A stretch of DNA of 64,000 nt from Mizuhopecten yessoensis (taxonomy: Eukaryota), in NCBI RefSeq assembly GCF_002113885.1, contig NW_018406874.1, positions 812,713-876,712 of the forward strand. Reading direction: 5' to 3'. Position 1 is the stretch's first letter. Every line of letters begins with the position of its first letter. Below are positions 23,788-37,539 of the stretch, one piece after another. The position numbers and the translations under genes were made by a program. The notes beneath the pieces were generated by a model. It made no database searches. It saw only the letters and a program-made list of their open reading frames with translations, and had not been told where the DNA came from.

Positions 23788-25400
23788 AGTACATGAATGC
23801 TTTATGTAAAATGTAATTTTCTTCCAAGGATTATTCCAGATATTAATGTATAGTGGGATATATGCAGTTGGCATTCATATTGTTAATAATTGTCAAATTA
23901 AAGTAATTCAATCCTTTTTCTTTAAAACCATATGCTTTTGACAGTTCTGATCATTCAGGGATGTAATGTCATGTAAACAGTTTTAGATTTCATATAAATG
24001 TACATATTTCTCATTCATGTTAATGTTTCTGAATCATATTCATTATTTGTCATCTACATGTATTAATCAAGTTTAAGCAAAGAATTTAGTATCGGGATAC
24101 TTGTATCACAAACTCTACATAAAACCTGATATGTTCATTTTTGTAATTAGTTTGTTGCGTTTCCTCCTGCAGACATTTCTTTTACTTTATAATAGTCATT
24201 GCAATAAAGGTACGTAAAAAAAAAGGCTACACTAATTTTGTTTGTTCTGTTTTATTCATAATCTGACATGATATTGAAGTGAATTATCATAATAATGTAC
24301 AATGAGTTAGCTGTATATATAATGCATCAGGTAATGATCTAAGGAATGATTGATGGACTTCATATATTAAAATATAAAGATGAAGACTACTTTCATACCG
24401 GTGTTGTACTTTCAACACCTGGGGACCTCTGTACCTCATCGTTAAAAGCTGCCATCACAGACCCAAGAAACACCTCATTATTTAACAGGGAACATATCTA
24501 ACATAGTGAAACTTAACTTTTTACTTCTATTTCTGAATTAAAAATACTCAATCAAAAATCTTGCACCATGAGAAAAAAATATATATACATGAAATTGATC
24601 CAAACAGGACCAAGAAAGCAGAATTTTATACTTCACATTGTCCATATTTTTGATCCGACAACCAAAATAAATATTTTCTGCCAATTTTAATACCTCAAAA
24701 GCTTAATTTCTAACTTCAGCACCAGAAATTTGATGAAACCAATTAAATATGATATTGTCTTTATATTCTGCATAGATTCTATCTTTTTTCTCTACGCCTG
24801 AAAAAATGTGTATATCGGTAAACTAAAGAGTTTGTTAACCTTCTGTCTGAGAGATACATGGGACTAATAACTGTTTATGGCTTGCACAATATTCAAATTC
24901 CATGTTTATGAATTTCGAAGCTACATTATTTAACACTACACAGTAAACATCGGAACATATACTGGTAGATAAATATAATCCCCAAAAAAATGTGAACTTC
25001 ATTCGTCATACAAACATAAGGAAAGGGTGGATTTCCCTTAGACGTCTTGTCCTTTTATCACCCCTTATACCAGTAATGCTATGCTAAAATCTATCCCAAG
25101 TTAACACACAAACAGTATAGACAATCACTGCCCTGATGAGTCATGTTGAACTGATCCCCTCCTCAGGGCTGGGTTTCTGAACAGTCCTTTTACCGGGTTG
25201 TATGACATATAGACACCACATATCTGCTGCCGTGCCTTTTCCGATCCGTGAACTGTTTATCAACCTCTCCAGAGTCACTGAGGCGTGATTGTTCAGTGTC
25301 TGATAGCAATGTGCAAAGGTACTGTCTCATCTTATACACATTGTTAACACACAATTTAAAAGTTACGAAACTATTACACAAGTCCTGGAAAAGATCACCA

Positions 25401-28400
25401 TCACCGCCTCCTCCGGTTGTCTCTGCGACTTCTGTAAAGAGAGAAAATCAATTTCAAAATATAGGTCACTGGTCACTTGTAAGAATCCATTAGGGCTTTC
25501 ACTGATCTGTATATTAATTGGCAAGTGGGGCAGGGAAGCACTTACACTGGATAACAAATACCCCCTTCCCCCAACAACAATAACAATATATAGCCTGTAT
25601 GATCTATATCATATCGTCTGTGGTTATCCACCAATATAACCTTCATGCTGGAGCTTGTAGATTACACCTGAATTAAACTTGACTACAGATTATAAACCAA
25701 TGAATAAGTCATTGGATATCCTCAGTACCTAAACTCCAATAGCCTAGACAAATGATTCTCATGTTCACAAGAAGTTCACATTGGCCTCATTTGTAGATTT
25801 TATCCAGTGTTTCAGTGTTTTCTCAACTACCAATGTCCCCAATTTTATTTTCCAAACCTGCTGAAAACACTGGTGTTTGAATGTCGAAAACAACATGGAA
25901 ACTAATATCATTTATGTCCACTGCCTATTCAATGGGGTTCCACACTATAAATAGAAACAGACAGTCACTTTAATATGGAAAACTGCAAGTTAGGGTTATT
26001 CATTAAAAATCTCAACTTTACAAGTTTCAGGAGTACTAGCAAATTACAATTTGCACACAATCCAATTAAGGCCAACTAAAGCCAGCATGAAGCTGGACGG
26101 TATGTTTTAAGATTACTTACTTGCTCTTGCGTGGCCCTCTCACAAAACACCAATCCACATTGATTTTCTGACCCAGGAGGTCCGACCCATTAAGTGTATC
26201 CATAGCCCCCTGGGCCTCTTTGAATGTTTCATATTCTATCAGAGCATAACCCTACAATAAATTGGAAAGGTCAAGGTCAATTTCTGTTTATTAAAAAAGT
26301 GCTTTTTAGTTCAAAACTTTTATCTTGGTAATTACTTAGATTACCATTGAAGAAATCACTGTCTTGTAGACAAGAAAACTATGGCCAATTCATTGAAACA
26401 ATTAAAATGAAGATTCTATCTAATAAAATATCCCGACACTTTTCATAATGTTCATCCAACTCTGATGAATGCAAGTGAATCTATGGTTCATACAGATCCA
26501 ATCAAGTGTTTTATTTTGATGTATATTTTTTATTACTTTCCCAGCACTTAAGATTTTTCTTCAGAAAAGTTTCAGCACTTTCAGCCGATGCTTGAGAGTA
26601 TGGTCTCCTTAAAACTAGTTTGATTCTTTAGCTTTAAAAGACTTGTCTATTTGACATATTTTGACTTCTGAAATTAAGAGAAAATTCTATTTGACTTGTA
26701 AAATTGCTAAATGTCAATGGTAAACCACTAGTTTTACACTATCCTATCCATTATACAAAGCTTCACTGCCATGTCCCACAGTTGAAGCTGTCCACACAAG
26801 TTGGTTTAAGTCTGCCAAGTACTTCACAAAAGTCAAAAACATGAAAATCTAATTCATCAGCTCACCAAGCACCTATATATGCCAGGTTATTTTATGAACT
26901 AGTGAGACATACCTTAAGGAATCCTGTTCGTCTGTCAAGGTTGATATGGAGATTTTTTATCTGGCCGTAGTCAGCAAATTTGTCATGAAGATCATCTTCT
27001 TGTGCTTCCTCGTGGACACCAGTCACAAATAAGATCCACCCTTCCACAGCTGTGTATAGGAGAAATGTATTCAGAGTATTTCACAAGAATAACCTCAATT
27101 AATAAATAATTCAAATGCTTCACATGCAAATCTGCATGTGATGTACTTTTACCGTTACAAAAAAATCAAACATGGTTAAGGAGGAGATGTGCTTACAAGA
27201 TTCATAGAGACAAGGTGGTTCCTTTATAACCCCACAAACCTTGTTTCTGGGGGGTTATACTATTAAAGAGAAATAACGGAAAAGATAAATGCTCCCAAAT
27301 ATTACAGTGGATGCAATAGAGTAAAAATGCTCCCAAATTTTGCAGTGAGAGCAGCATATTGGTCGCTTCGTTGTCCCCCAAAAAGGGCATTCATAAGGTA
27401 AAACCACAATTGTTTTTTGATAGCGATTCAGTCCTAGGCATCATTTTTAAATTGTTGTTAAGAGATAAAACTGATTTTCAAACATTGGACAGTCCCATAG
27501 GAAAAGCATGAGCCCAAGATTTAAATATCATTATATGTGTCCCCAATAAGGCACAGGGCTCACCCTGGACCTAAAAAATCAGTAGCCAAAAAAGTAGCCA
27601 TGTTTGAATTTCAGTAGCCAATTCTTTTTTTTAAACATTGGCCATACTTTCTCGGCCTCCAACAGTTCGGATAGGCCCTCCATTAAAATCATTAAATATT
27701 TAAGTGCAATACTATTCAACATGATGTTAAATTAAAGAGTACTCTGTAAAATTAAAATTTTGTTATACATCATATTTATAATTTAATCCATAATGTCATC
27801 TTTTTTTAATTAATACTTTTAGATTATATGGCTGTAATTTTAAGAAAAAATGACTTACATTAAAATGCAGAAAATTTCCACTAGAACTTTATTTTATTTT
27901 ATTTTCAAACGATAGAAAAATCAGACTTTTTCTCATTTTCTTGACACGGAAATTGTGTAAAAATCAGGTTGAAAATTTCAAATTTTAAGATATTGTTTGC
28001 CTTAATGCCGTGCCTTCAATAAAAAAAATAAAACTAATAAAATCCAAATCAAAAGTAGCCTCAGTGATGCAATATTGAAAATTATTTTTCCTGTGTTTAC
28101 ATTCACCGTAATTCATGTTTTATGTAAATAAAAATATATATATATTAAAAAAGATCACACATTTCAAATGTAAATGGCAGTAGAACACATTTGAAAGGAA
28201 AAGTATGAATTTATAACGGTACTGACCAACCCTTCGAAATAAATCGGGAGCACATCACGTCGCGCAACTTGGCCATTCCCGTGCTCGTGTTGTCGATTGG
28301 CACCTAATGAAGTCATTCTGAATGGTTTGCTGTTCTAAAAACTGCATAACTGCGGTGCTAAATAACTTTTCTCAATCACTTCAATTCTAAAATGTCTAAC

Positions 28401-31400
28401 TACGAAAGTACACAGATACGATATAGGCCTATTGTTTTAAATGATCTGAAAGGCCGAAAATCGGCACTTCGACATGGTATTCAATGCGATACTTAACTTA
28501 CACTTTCTAATCAAGCATTTCGGACGTATTTATGCTTGCTACGGTACTGGAAAAGGTAAATGAATACCATGCACACTTATTTAAATATACTGAACCAATA
28601 AATTTGTTGGATGCGGTGTTTGAACGAGTTTATCAGATCGGCTTACGGCGTCGTCAATGTATGTGTGCGTGACCACTTATGTGTAACTCGCTTATCAGAC
28701 TGTTTTCTCACCGTCAATGGGTCATCCAATTAACTTCACCCCACTGTCCATTATTGTACAAGAATTATAACACCTTTTGCCATCTGAAGCTTGATAATTG
28801 ACTTTACAACTTAGACAAAAGCATTAATTAACTCGCAATCGTACAGCGCGCGATGATCTGTGACGGCCCTGATTATGTTTACGCAATCAGTGTCAGCCAC
28901 AATACACACGTGAGCTCGAGAAGACGGATCGTTTACTGGGACAAAGATACAGAGATTCCCCTTTTTTAAAAACTTAGTAGCCAGTTTTTAGTAGCCAATA
29001 AAAAATAAAAGTAGCCAATAGCCCTGAGACAACGTATTCTTACAGCTACATCTGATATTATCGGTAACTCATTTACCCCTGAAATTTTGCAATGAACTAT
29101 TCCAACCTTTGAATTGAAAGTGTTAAAATGTCTCTTCAGGGGTGAATTGAGTTAACTTGACTGATGTGTACTTACACCTCTGAGGACCTGGTCCACCATC
29201 TTCATCCACATCCATTGCCTCAAAATCCTCAACCCCACTTCTTGTTGGGCCATCTGAAAATTTATCACAGACTATTCACATTCTAAACAATAAATCAGAT
29301 TCTTCCATACATGTATATCTTATTCAACATATACATATGTCTGGTTAAGTTTTATAGAGTTGAGCCTCCTATTAACAGCCACTGCTATCAATGACTCCAG
29401 CAGATTTACTTTGGTCACTTGTGTGTTCCCAAGTAGAGGACACAAAAGAAAATCTCCAATTCTGTAGGAGGGGGTCAACCTCGATATCCAGGGGTTACGC
29501 TCACTTCTGTAGGGGGGTCAACCTCGATATCCAGGGGTTACGCTCAATTCTGTAGGGGGGGGGTTAACCTCGATATCCAGGGGTTACGCTCACTTCTGTA
29601 GGGGGGTCAACCTCGATATCCAGGGGTTACGCTCACTTTTGCTCTCCACACCCCTGTAATATGTCATAGCAAAATTAAAGGCTGGTGTGCGCCACCTTGT
29701 TGATGATACAGGTAGACTAGTTCAATCCTTTGATGTACATCAAAAGAATCTCGCAGTCACAGTAAAAATTGACAGGCTTTGAAGTCGGATGTCTCTCCTT
29801 TGTAATCTTCAAAGGACATTTATCAGCCTAGCAATTGGTCAGTTTTTTTAACCCGAGACCAATCAAATAGCTATCTTCGTGCCTTCAATTTTGCTATGAC
29901 ATATTCCAGGGGTGTAGAGAGCGAACGTGAGCGTAACCCCTGGTTATCGAGGATGGTAGGGGGTGTTCACATTAGTTACATCCAACAGTATGCATGGGTA
30001 GCAGCAGATACTTATAAAAATCCCAGCTTTATCAGGAGATGTGAAACATCTTTGTATAGTGAAATGGAATGGTTATTGACCATGGATATTAAAACAAACA
30101 AGTATAATACTGGTATGTCAGCTAAAGCTATGACTCACAAATGGTTTGTTTACATGTATCAATGTGATTACACATTTAAAGATGTACAAAAGTACAGATG
30201 TTATGTATATACCTGCACCAAATCCTCTTCCTTTCCGTTTCTTGGCTTTTTCTTTTAGCTTCTGTAATCCCTCTAAAAGCAAAAAAAAAATATAATAGAT
30301 TAAAAGTTAAATATGGAAAATGGTTTCAACGAAGCTACTGTATTTTTGTTCTATGAAACTGAAATTAATATGAAACCAAACACTATCTTGTTATTAATCT
30401 GTAAAAATCGGCAATGTTCCTGGTCTTAAATTTTAAAGTGGTGTACGAGTTTGAAATATACATTATTGACAATTTCTCAATTATCAGAAATTGATGATTT
30501 TATTGAATTTAATTCTTAAAATTTAAAACACAATTGAAGAAATGTTCTGCCTAAATACATTGCAAGTCCTTAATTAGGCATGTGCACTACAGGGGAGAGC
30601 ACAGGTAAATATCCTTGTCCCCAAAATGGAAGGCGGTCCTAAGCTTGAAGCCCTTCATGATCAATGTTCACTGCTTCAGGTAATGTACATACAACCTTCT
30701 CAGGTACACTGTTCCAGTCAATCACAGTTTTGGGGAAGAAGAGGTTTTAAAACTGTCTGATCAAGTTTTAATGGTTTGGGAACTTTTAGGTGTTGTTGAT
30801 TTATTGTTTTTTATTGGGATACCGTCTGTGAAATGTTGGCTCTACTTATTCTCACACCTCAGACTTGGATTTCCCACGTGATACCTGTGGTAGTGGGTTT
30901 TTTTTCTATCTCTGACAATTTGTCTGACATCTTTTTGTGACATTTTGCAGAATTTTCACACAGCAATGTATTCAATCGTCTGATAACAGTTAAAAAATGA
31001 CAATACTCATTATAAACATTATGTTTGTTGTTAGATTTTTATGTTGTAGAAAAACATACCAGGTAATCTACACTGGGAGATAGGTTGTCTTCTTTGCAAA
31101 GACAGACTATGTTTTTTACGTGGAAACATTCAAACGTAACTGTAGTAGTAAATAGGCCATATTTATTTAGGCTCAGGCTTTAGTGAAATCAAATAGTTTT
31201 TCGAAAAAAAAATCAATTACCTGTAACTGAAGGAGATCAAGTAATCTCAGTCTAGGTTTACTCAGTTTTTCAAAATACTGTAATGTGTCAGCCCCGTACA
31301 AATGGGTGTCTTGGCCCTGCAGACGATTTGTTTACATATCGCTGGGCGCCTGTGTGATGGGTTTACACTACATAAATAACACCAATGTCCATTTTATAGT

Positions 31401-33729
31401 CCAAAATGTGTTTGTACATAAGTTTTAAATGGTGATTATTCAAATTACAACTACAGAACATTGTAGAAATGATTTATAACTTCCCTGCTAATTTCGTGTT
31501 AAATCAACCTCTCGTTAGCATCTCAAACACCTCTCAGGACCGCCATTTTGAAACCGAACTGTGCGAGATGCTCGAAACTACTTGATTCTTTAACTTCCTA
31601 GGTTTGTAAGCCACGGTAGATTGATGGACATTGAGTCATTATTATGTTTAAAAGAGTATGCTAACCTTTTCGGACACTGTTTATGTCTTTTAATGATGTC
31701 TTAGATGTTTAGTCAGTCGGAGAGGCCTCTCGGACCTCTCTCAAGCGTTTCGATAACTCTTACCGGCGTCTGACGTCACTACTGCAGGAAATTCCCTAAA
31801 CTTAGTATATTTTTATTCCATAAACTTAGCGGCATTAAATAGTAGTTTTACATTTATTTTTGTACTTTGTACCATTATTTTAATGTAAAGCACTTATTGT
31901 TTGAGCGGATATTATGAGAGGCCGTGTGTGATAAGGTTTTATTACTTTTACATGCAATCCTATGAGAAAGTGTCTCCAGACCTCTCCCGTCTAATCACCA
32001 GACCTCTCCTGAGTAGTAATATTTGGAAGGTTATAAGTACAGGTCGGATCAGACCTTTTTCTAAGTTCATCACTGTCTTCGCTTGCAAACGGTCGCCTCT
32101 GAACAGGTTAGATTTAGGAATTTCTCATACTTTGGGTTTAGGCTTACTGTTTATGTTATTTATAGTTCTATTTATTGACACTGTCATCGGATACAAGGGG
32201 AAATCCAGGTAGTTGGTTATTTATAGCTGAACTGTCATATTATTACAAATTATCTGAATAGTTGAAGCTTTCTTGTATTTTTGCTGGTCTGCATATCAGA
32301 TTATAATTTAGGTGACTTTGAATATTAGGCTCTGGTGATTAGTGGGACATTAGTACAGGAAATACAGTCAATTAGTGTATAATTTGGGAATAGTTGTGTA
32401 CAATTTGTCAATTACATTTGTTATTGTCTGGTGCAAGGACCTGTGTTGAGGCCTTGTTTGTATTGTAATATTATACTGATCTGTACTCTGTAAAGATACC
32501 TTGTTATTTAACTTGTTCCTTTAATAAATTATATTTGTACCTGTCAATTGGACTCTTGGTTGATATTTTAGAGTTTTCGCATAGTAATTTAGACTGCTAG
32601 ACTATTTCTGACCATTGTTTTCAGACCTGACATAGAGGAAATATAACATTTTCGATCGTGATAATCCAGGATCCAGAAAGCACACTATTTTGGCGAAACA
32701 AGATTCCCATACTTCTTCGACAGCAGACGGTGAGACATGGACACCGGACGCGCGCTCGTTATAATACTTATTATCAATGGGGGTTTATTTTGCACTTTAA
32801 GACAACTCAGTTGTAAGGATGTTTTAATATATGCACTAAAATGCAGAAACAATACATTACATGTTCGTCCATTGTACAGTTAAGTTTGAAATCATATCTT
32901 TGAAAAGTGTTTCATTTTGGGTACAGTACCCTCACCTTAATATATTTTATTGATCTTTACTACAAATTGGTGTCAGACTTAGTAGCAAGCAACAGGATTT
33001 AATCTGTTTCCACTCCGAGTACTTCAAACCTGTTGTACCAGCAGGAGCGGATTAAAACCTGTGACTTGCGATGATGGGTGTCTGCTGTCAGGTAATTGAT
33101 GTTGCTTGGCATAGCTTCACACGCCAACAGTCGATCACACAAGTGCCTTGAACACTGTTGCATGGTGTAGTGCTTTAGGTAATCATAAAAATCCTAATGC
33201 TGACTTGGGCCTGTTGGGTTTTCTTACCTATGTATTATTGTAGAAAATTGTAAATTAATAAACGATTCTGTAGTTGAAACATGATATTTTGTATATATAA
33301 TACCCAAGATTTACTGTACCGGTGACCATGAAAATGACGGGGGGGGGTTGAGATGTCACAAAGTAAACTAAATCACTACATGTGCGTGCCGTGATGTTGG
33401 TTATGGACTATTCAGGAATTTACACAAAAAAAACTCTTAACATATACACAATGCTTTGTAGGAGTATGGGAAGCAAACGGATCGTTTGGTAATTTATCCT
33501 AAACATCGTCAAACTTTCTTTCTTGTTGTTGTTGTAGGCACCGGCGAATGGTCTGTGATCGACTTAGTATCCATCTTTCTATACAATTTTCAAACTAAAA
33601 TGACATCTAGCAGAATTATGTATTCTTTCTCCTTAATAATCACACATTAATATTGAATTTCTTACGATCGCCTTCCTCGTCAACCTCAAATTCATCTCCT
33701 CCTTCTTGCAAATCTAAAACATCCGCCAT
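25401..33729 (-). CDS. RBM8A: RNA-binding protein 8A (Y14, exon junction complex core), 6 exons, 166 aa
   Basis: Exons complement(33666-33729, 30213-30272, 29176-29253, 26913-27049, 26121-26251, 25401-25431), 501 nt. Translation: [40 protein letters not shown]...[66 protein letters not shown]...[11 protein letters not shown]...RRRR. The ORF track misses it because the exons are short. Confidence 0.98.
27554..29026. mobile_element. hAT-like non-autonomous DNA transposon remnant in RBM8A intron 3
   Basis: Termini CAGGGCT...AGCCCTG with clustered subterminal AGTAGCCA motifs at both ends. No clean 8-bp TSD. Confidence 0.55.
29065..29155. mobile_element. ~90-bp MITE (TTAA-type ends)
   Basis: Imperfect TIRs TAACTCATTTACCCCTGAA / TTCAGGGGTGAATTGAGTTAA. 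Confidence 0.65.
29460..29637. repeat. 4 x ~44-bp tandem repeat of a flank/MITE-terminus junction
   Basis: Unit TTCTGTAGGGGGGT|CAACCTCGATATCCAGGGGTTACGCTCAC. Confidence 0.88.
29608..29955. mobile_element. MITE with ~75-bp TIRs and a ~9-bp TSD in RBM8A intron 2
   Basis: CAACCTCGATATCCAGGGGTTACGCTCAC..TATGTCATAGCAAAATTAAAGGC versus GCCTTCAATTTTGCTATGACATA..GTGAGCGTAACCCCTGGTTATCGAGGATG. Flanks GTAGGGGGGT / GTAGGGGGT. Confidence 0.85.
30640..30830 (-). mobile_element. Small decayed LINE 3' fragment
   Basis: The minus strand reads [18 protein letters not shown], matching the FFPRT..WN.LP C-terminal motif of LINE ORF2. Confidence 0.6.
31605..32648 (+). mobile_element. Possible solo LTR (~1.04 kb) in RBM8A intron 1
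   Basis: TGTAA...TAACA termini and AATAAA about 125 bp before the 3' end. No matching TSD was found. Confidence 0.4.
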
Positions 33730-33864
33730 CTTTATTTGAGCCGCGTGTGTAACTAGTGTGGCGCCACAGGGGGAATAACTCCGTTATATTTCTTCTGTCG
33801 TCGGAAAAAAATCCCTACCTTTGATGCTGACCATTTATTTCAATCATAATTAAAAAAAAAAGAC

Positions 33865-33929
33865 AATTCTTAACTTCTTTTTCAAACAATAGACATTCAG
33901 TCTATTGTTTGAAAAATAAGTTAAGAATT
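33865..33929. repeat. Near-perfect palindrome (30-bp arms, 5-nt loop) upstream of RBM8A
   Basis: AATTCTTAACTTCTTTTTCAAACAATAGAC-ATTCA-GTCTATTGTTTGAAAAATAAGTTAAGAATT, with one mismatch. Confidence 0.9.
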
Positions 33930-33959
33930 TACTATTTTACAAAGAAAACTTTGAAAATA

Positions 33960-34560
33960 AACACGGGTAGTGTAATGAAATTGTATGTGGCAGAAAATAG
34001 AAAGTTTATACAGTGTACTTTATCCGAGGATACGGTTTGTGATGAAAGTGTAAGGCAGTGAGTGCAGAGACGTATATATTAATATATATATGTCTCTGGG
34101 TAGTGTAATAAACGTGTATATCACGAGCAGTGTAATAATTAATCTGTATATATCAGTGTACTAAAAGTATAGAAAGTACATGTACATACATTATGTATAT
34201 TTTGTAATGACAGTCTATACACGTGTATGTGGCGGTGGTGTATATGGAATATAATGGAATGCTACATGGTAGTCAGTGTAATGAACGTGTATATTGCAGT
34301 GTAATAAACATGTATATAGCAGTGTAATAATTGTGTATATAGCAGTGTATTAAAGTGATATTAATTCAGTCTAGGGTTTCGCGTTCTTGCGTTTTTGTAA
34401 GGTCATAAATATATATGAAAACGGCAGAGCAGCAGTTTTAGTGTATGCGTCAGTATAATAACGTATATAAATGGGAGTGTAATGAAAGTGTACACAGTAG
34501 TGTAATGAAAGTGTACACAGTAGTGTAATGAAAGTGTATGCGGCAGTGTAATTGAAATGT
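33960..34560. repeat. Degenerate ~23-bp minisatellite (AGTGTAATGAAAGTGTA...)
   Basis: A recurrent AGTGTAAT core, best preserved at 34477-34555. Confidence 0.65.
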
Positions 34561-34611
34561 CATAAATCGTGTACACGATTATTTTAATTTGCAAAGGAAG
34601 ACGAAGGGCTT

Positions 34612-36303
34612 TCATAGGTAACGTCTAAAATAGTTTCACACCTAGGTCCAAGAGTTATGCTGCATCGCTAAAATACATTGCCCCCATATTCCTTGGCTGT
34701 TACAGAATGGAAATCTGTGAAACTATTTTAGATTTCAGATTTCAGATTTTTATTTCTCTCAGACATACAAAGTATGTAACAATAGGTCAATATGTATCAT
34801 ATTCATATAGACATGGCGGATAACAAAGCCATAAAGGCTACAAACTAATTACATACATTCAATAGCTTTTCAAGTTTTTCTAGAAATTTGCAAACATTTT
34901 TTAAAACTTTTACATTGTATATAGTAAATAGTCCACGCATTTTAATAAGGCTAGGTAAAGTATAGTAGTAATTTGGAATAAATAGTTGTCTTATTTGTTT
35001 AACAGATACATGTTCGCACTTAAATAGATAATGATATTCATCACCAATTTCATTAAAACAAAGATTACAAGTTCTGTTTTTTTGGGGTATTCCAATCCAT
35101 CTTCCAGTTTCTATAGGTAAGTGCATATTTGAAGTTCTAAACTTAACAACAATTTGGCTTTCTTTTGGCTAGTTTCACAAAGAATTTTTTAAGTTCAAAA
35201 TTTGTTTTAAAATTGGAATAGGTAGATCCTCCTGAAGAGCTCTCGATATCGTTAAACCATTTTTGGATAAACTGATCTTGTAATCTTTGTTTCACAACAA
35301 GTTTCAAATAATCTGTATTGAACGTACATGCTTTCTGATATACCCAGATAAAATTTAAACCTGTTTCTATACATATATCATGAACATTCTTTAACCATTT
35401 GAACTCCATGATTCCATTTGTTTGTAAGTTAAATATTAAGTTATACACAGTGCTTGACAGACTATTGCTAGTTATCAAAAAACATAATTATACCCAAAAC
35501 ATAATTACTCTGGTTTTAACTTCAACATATAAAGGGAATCTCCCGATCTCTCCATAAACCATGTAGTTTGGCGTGCTTCTTTTAATACCCAATATACGCT
35601 TGCAGAATTGTAAATGTAGTTTTTCCAATAGCGCTTAAATTTTCAAAACTTCAAGAACCTCTATCTCTTCATTACATATTGTAAAATGAAACTGTGTTCG
35701 ACATTTTCTCTTAGAAAATATAACAATTTTGGTTTTGTTGATATATACATCAAGCTTCCAGCTGTTACAATATAATTCAAAAGTATTAAGAGCTGATTGG
35801 AGTCCTTCCGCCGATTCAGACATGATAACAGTATCATCTGCATAGAGAATTATAAACAGTTTAATGTATATTCCAATATTTTCACTTAAAGTTTCTGTTG
35901 TTTGTGAACAATTAACGCTGTTTTCTTCAAGAAAATCTCCTAGATCATTAAGATAAATGGCAAATAAAAATGGCGATAAATTTTCTCTTGTTTTACCCCG
36001 ACGTTACAGTTGAACATTTCAGATATATCATTTCCATTTTTAACACAGGATTTAGTTTTTGCATATAAATTAAAAATGACTTTGAACATTTTCCCAGTTA
36101 TTTACTTTTTTGAACTTTTTTCCATAGCCCAAGTCTCCAAACCGAATCAAATGCCTTTTTGAAATCTATATAGGAACAGAACAACTTTTTTCCGAGTGAA
36201 AAATAAATTGAGGTTAAGGTATGTAGAATGAAAATATTGTCCGTGGTGGAGTGATTTTTCCTGAATCCAGCCTGAGCCCAAGATGATAAGACGTTACCTA
36301 TGA
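34612..36303. mobile_element. ~135-bp MITE with 29-bp TIRs; right TIR interrupted by a LINE
   Basis: Left TIR TCATAGGTAACGTCTAAAATAGTTTCACA (34612-34640). Right TIR is TGTGAAACTATTTTAGA (34716-34732) plus CGTTACCTATGA (36292-36303). Confidence 0.8.
34733..36288 (-). mobile_element. 5'-truncated, frameshifted non-LTR retrotransposon (RTE-X/CR1-like reverse transcriptase)
   Basis: RT motifs QAGFRKNHSTTDNIF, IDFKKAFDSVWR, LSPFLFAIYLNDL, YADDTVI and KTKIVIF. C-terminal HLPIETGRW..C..C..IGDEYHYLFKC. 3' AATAAA plus a (TCTGAAA)n tail. Multiple frameshifts and an internal deletion. Confidence 0.92.
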
Positions 36304-37539
36304 CACCAGAGATAAGCTGGGCTGTGGCTGAATGAGTGACCGCCAGCTTACAGATTCTTTTTATCTCTGGTGTCACCGGAGACAAATATATTATAATACA
36401 TATTGGAATATCTATATGTCTCTGTTGTCATTGATGGGTCTTAAATGACGAAACGGGGACGCAACTGTATTGAGTGTAATCAACATTTACTTTGTCTGGT
36501 TTTCTGAATCGACGTGTAGTAAATAGTTTATTAGGTCATTTTGTTTGTGCTTTCTTTATGGGTATTTGTATGGATTTTCTTTCAGCATTGTTGACGTGAT
36601 GTTAATGTACATAAACGATGAATAACGACCATTTTCTTTAATCTTAATAAAATGAATCATTGGTTTGGAAATCATCTGTGTTTTATTTATGTTTATATTC
36701 ATGGCGCCACATTTGCCGTCTGTTTCAATCATAACTTGGCCGAGAGTGTTGCATTCCATTGCGTCAGTCTTGAGGTAACTGGTCCGTGCTATTACTATTC
36801 AGTATTATTGATATTAATACATTTATAATATTTTGTATGATGTTTTCGGCCATCAGATCTATGACATCCAGCCTATTAAAACCTTGCGATTCATTTACTT
36901 TGGTTGAGGCACTTACTTAGATAGCAATCGTGGTTGAGGTCGCCAAAAAGTATACTGTACGTATATCTCCACTTATCGACATATTCGCTAACTTGTAGGT
37001 AATCTCTAAATAAAGACGTGGGACATTTCGTGTCGCTTCAATTCATACTGTCTATAGTACGCCTGTACTATTTCATACATTCAAAAGGCACTATAAGATA
37101 TACACTAAACTGACTTATAATAGGTGTATACGAAGACATCACTAAGGTACACCCTTAAATATGAAGACTTCACTACGATAGATTAGGAGATACACTCCTC
37201 TTCGACAATAATAACAATAAAAGTACGAACATGTCATAGCGACATATATACAATAACTAAGTGGGGTGCTTACAGTACAGTAACAGTTTGATTGACGTAA
37301 GCAGGGTTTTTTAATCATAAATTACCTCTCCTCAAGTCCTAACCTGTGTGCGATTACGTAGAACGGATAGCGGTAAATTCACCTTCTTCAAACGTGTGGC
37401 GTATTTAAAAAAAACATTTTCGTATTGAATAACACATTGCAGCATACCATACAAATGTTAAAGCACCAAATAAACTAGAACGTTAAGAGTGAGCGGTTAA
37501 AAATATTTATAGTTATTTCTCTTACGAGTATTCCACAGA

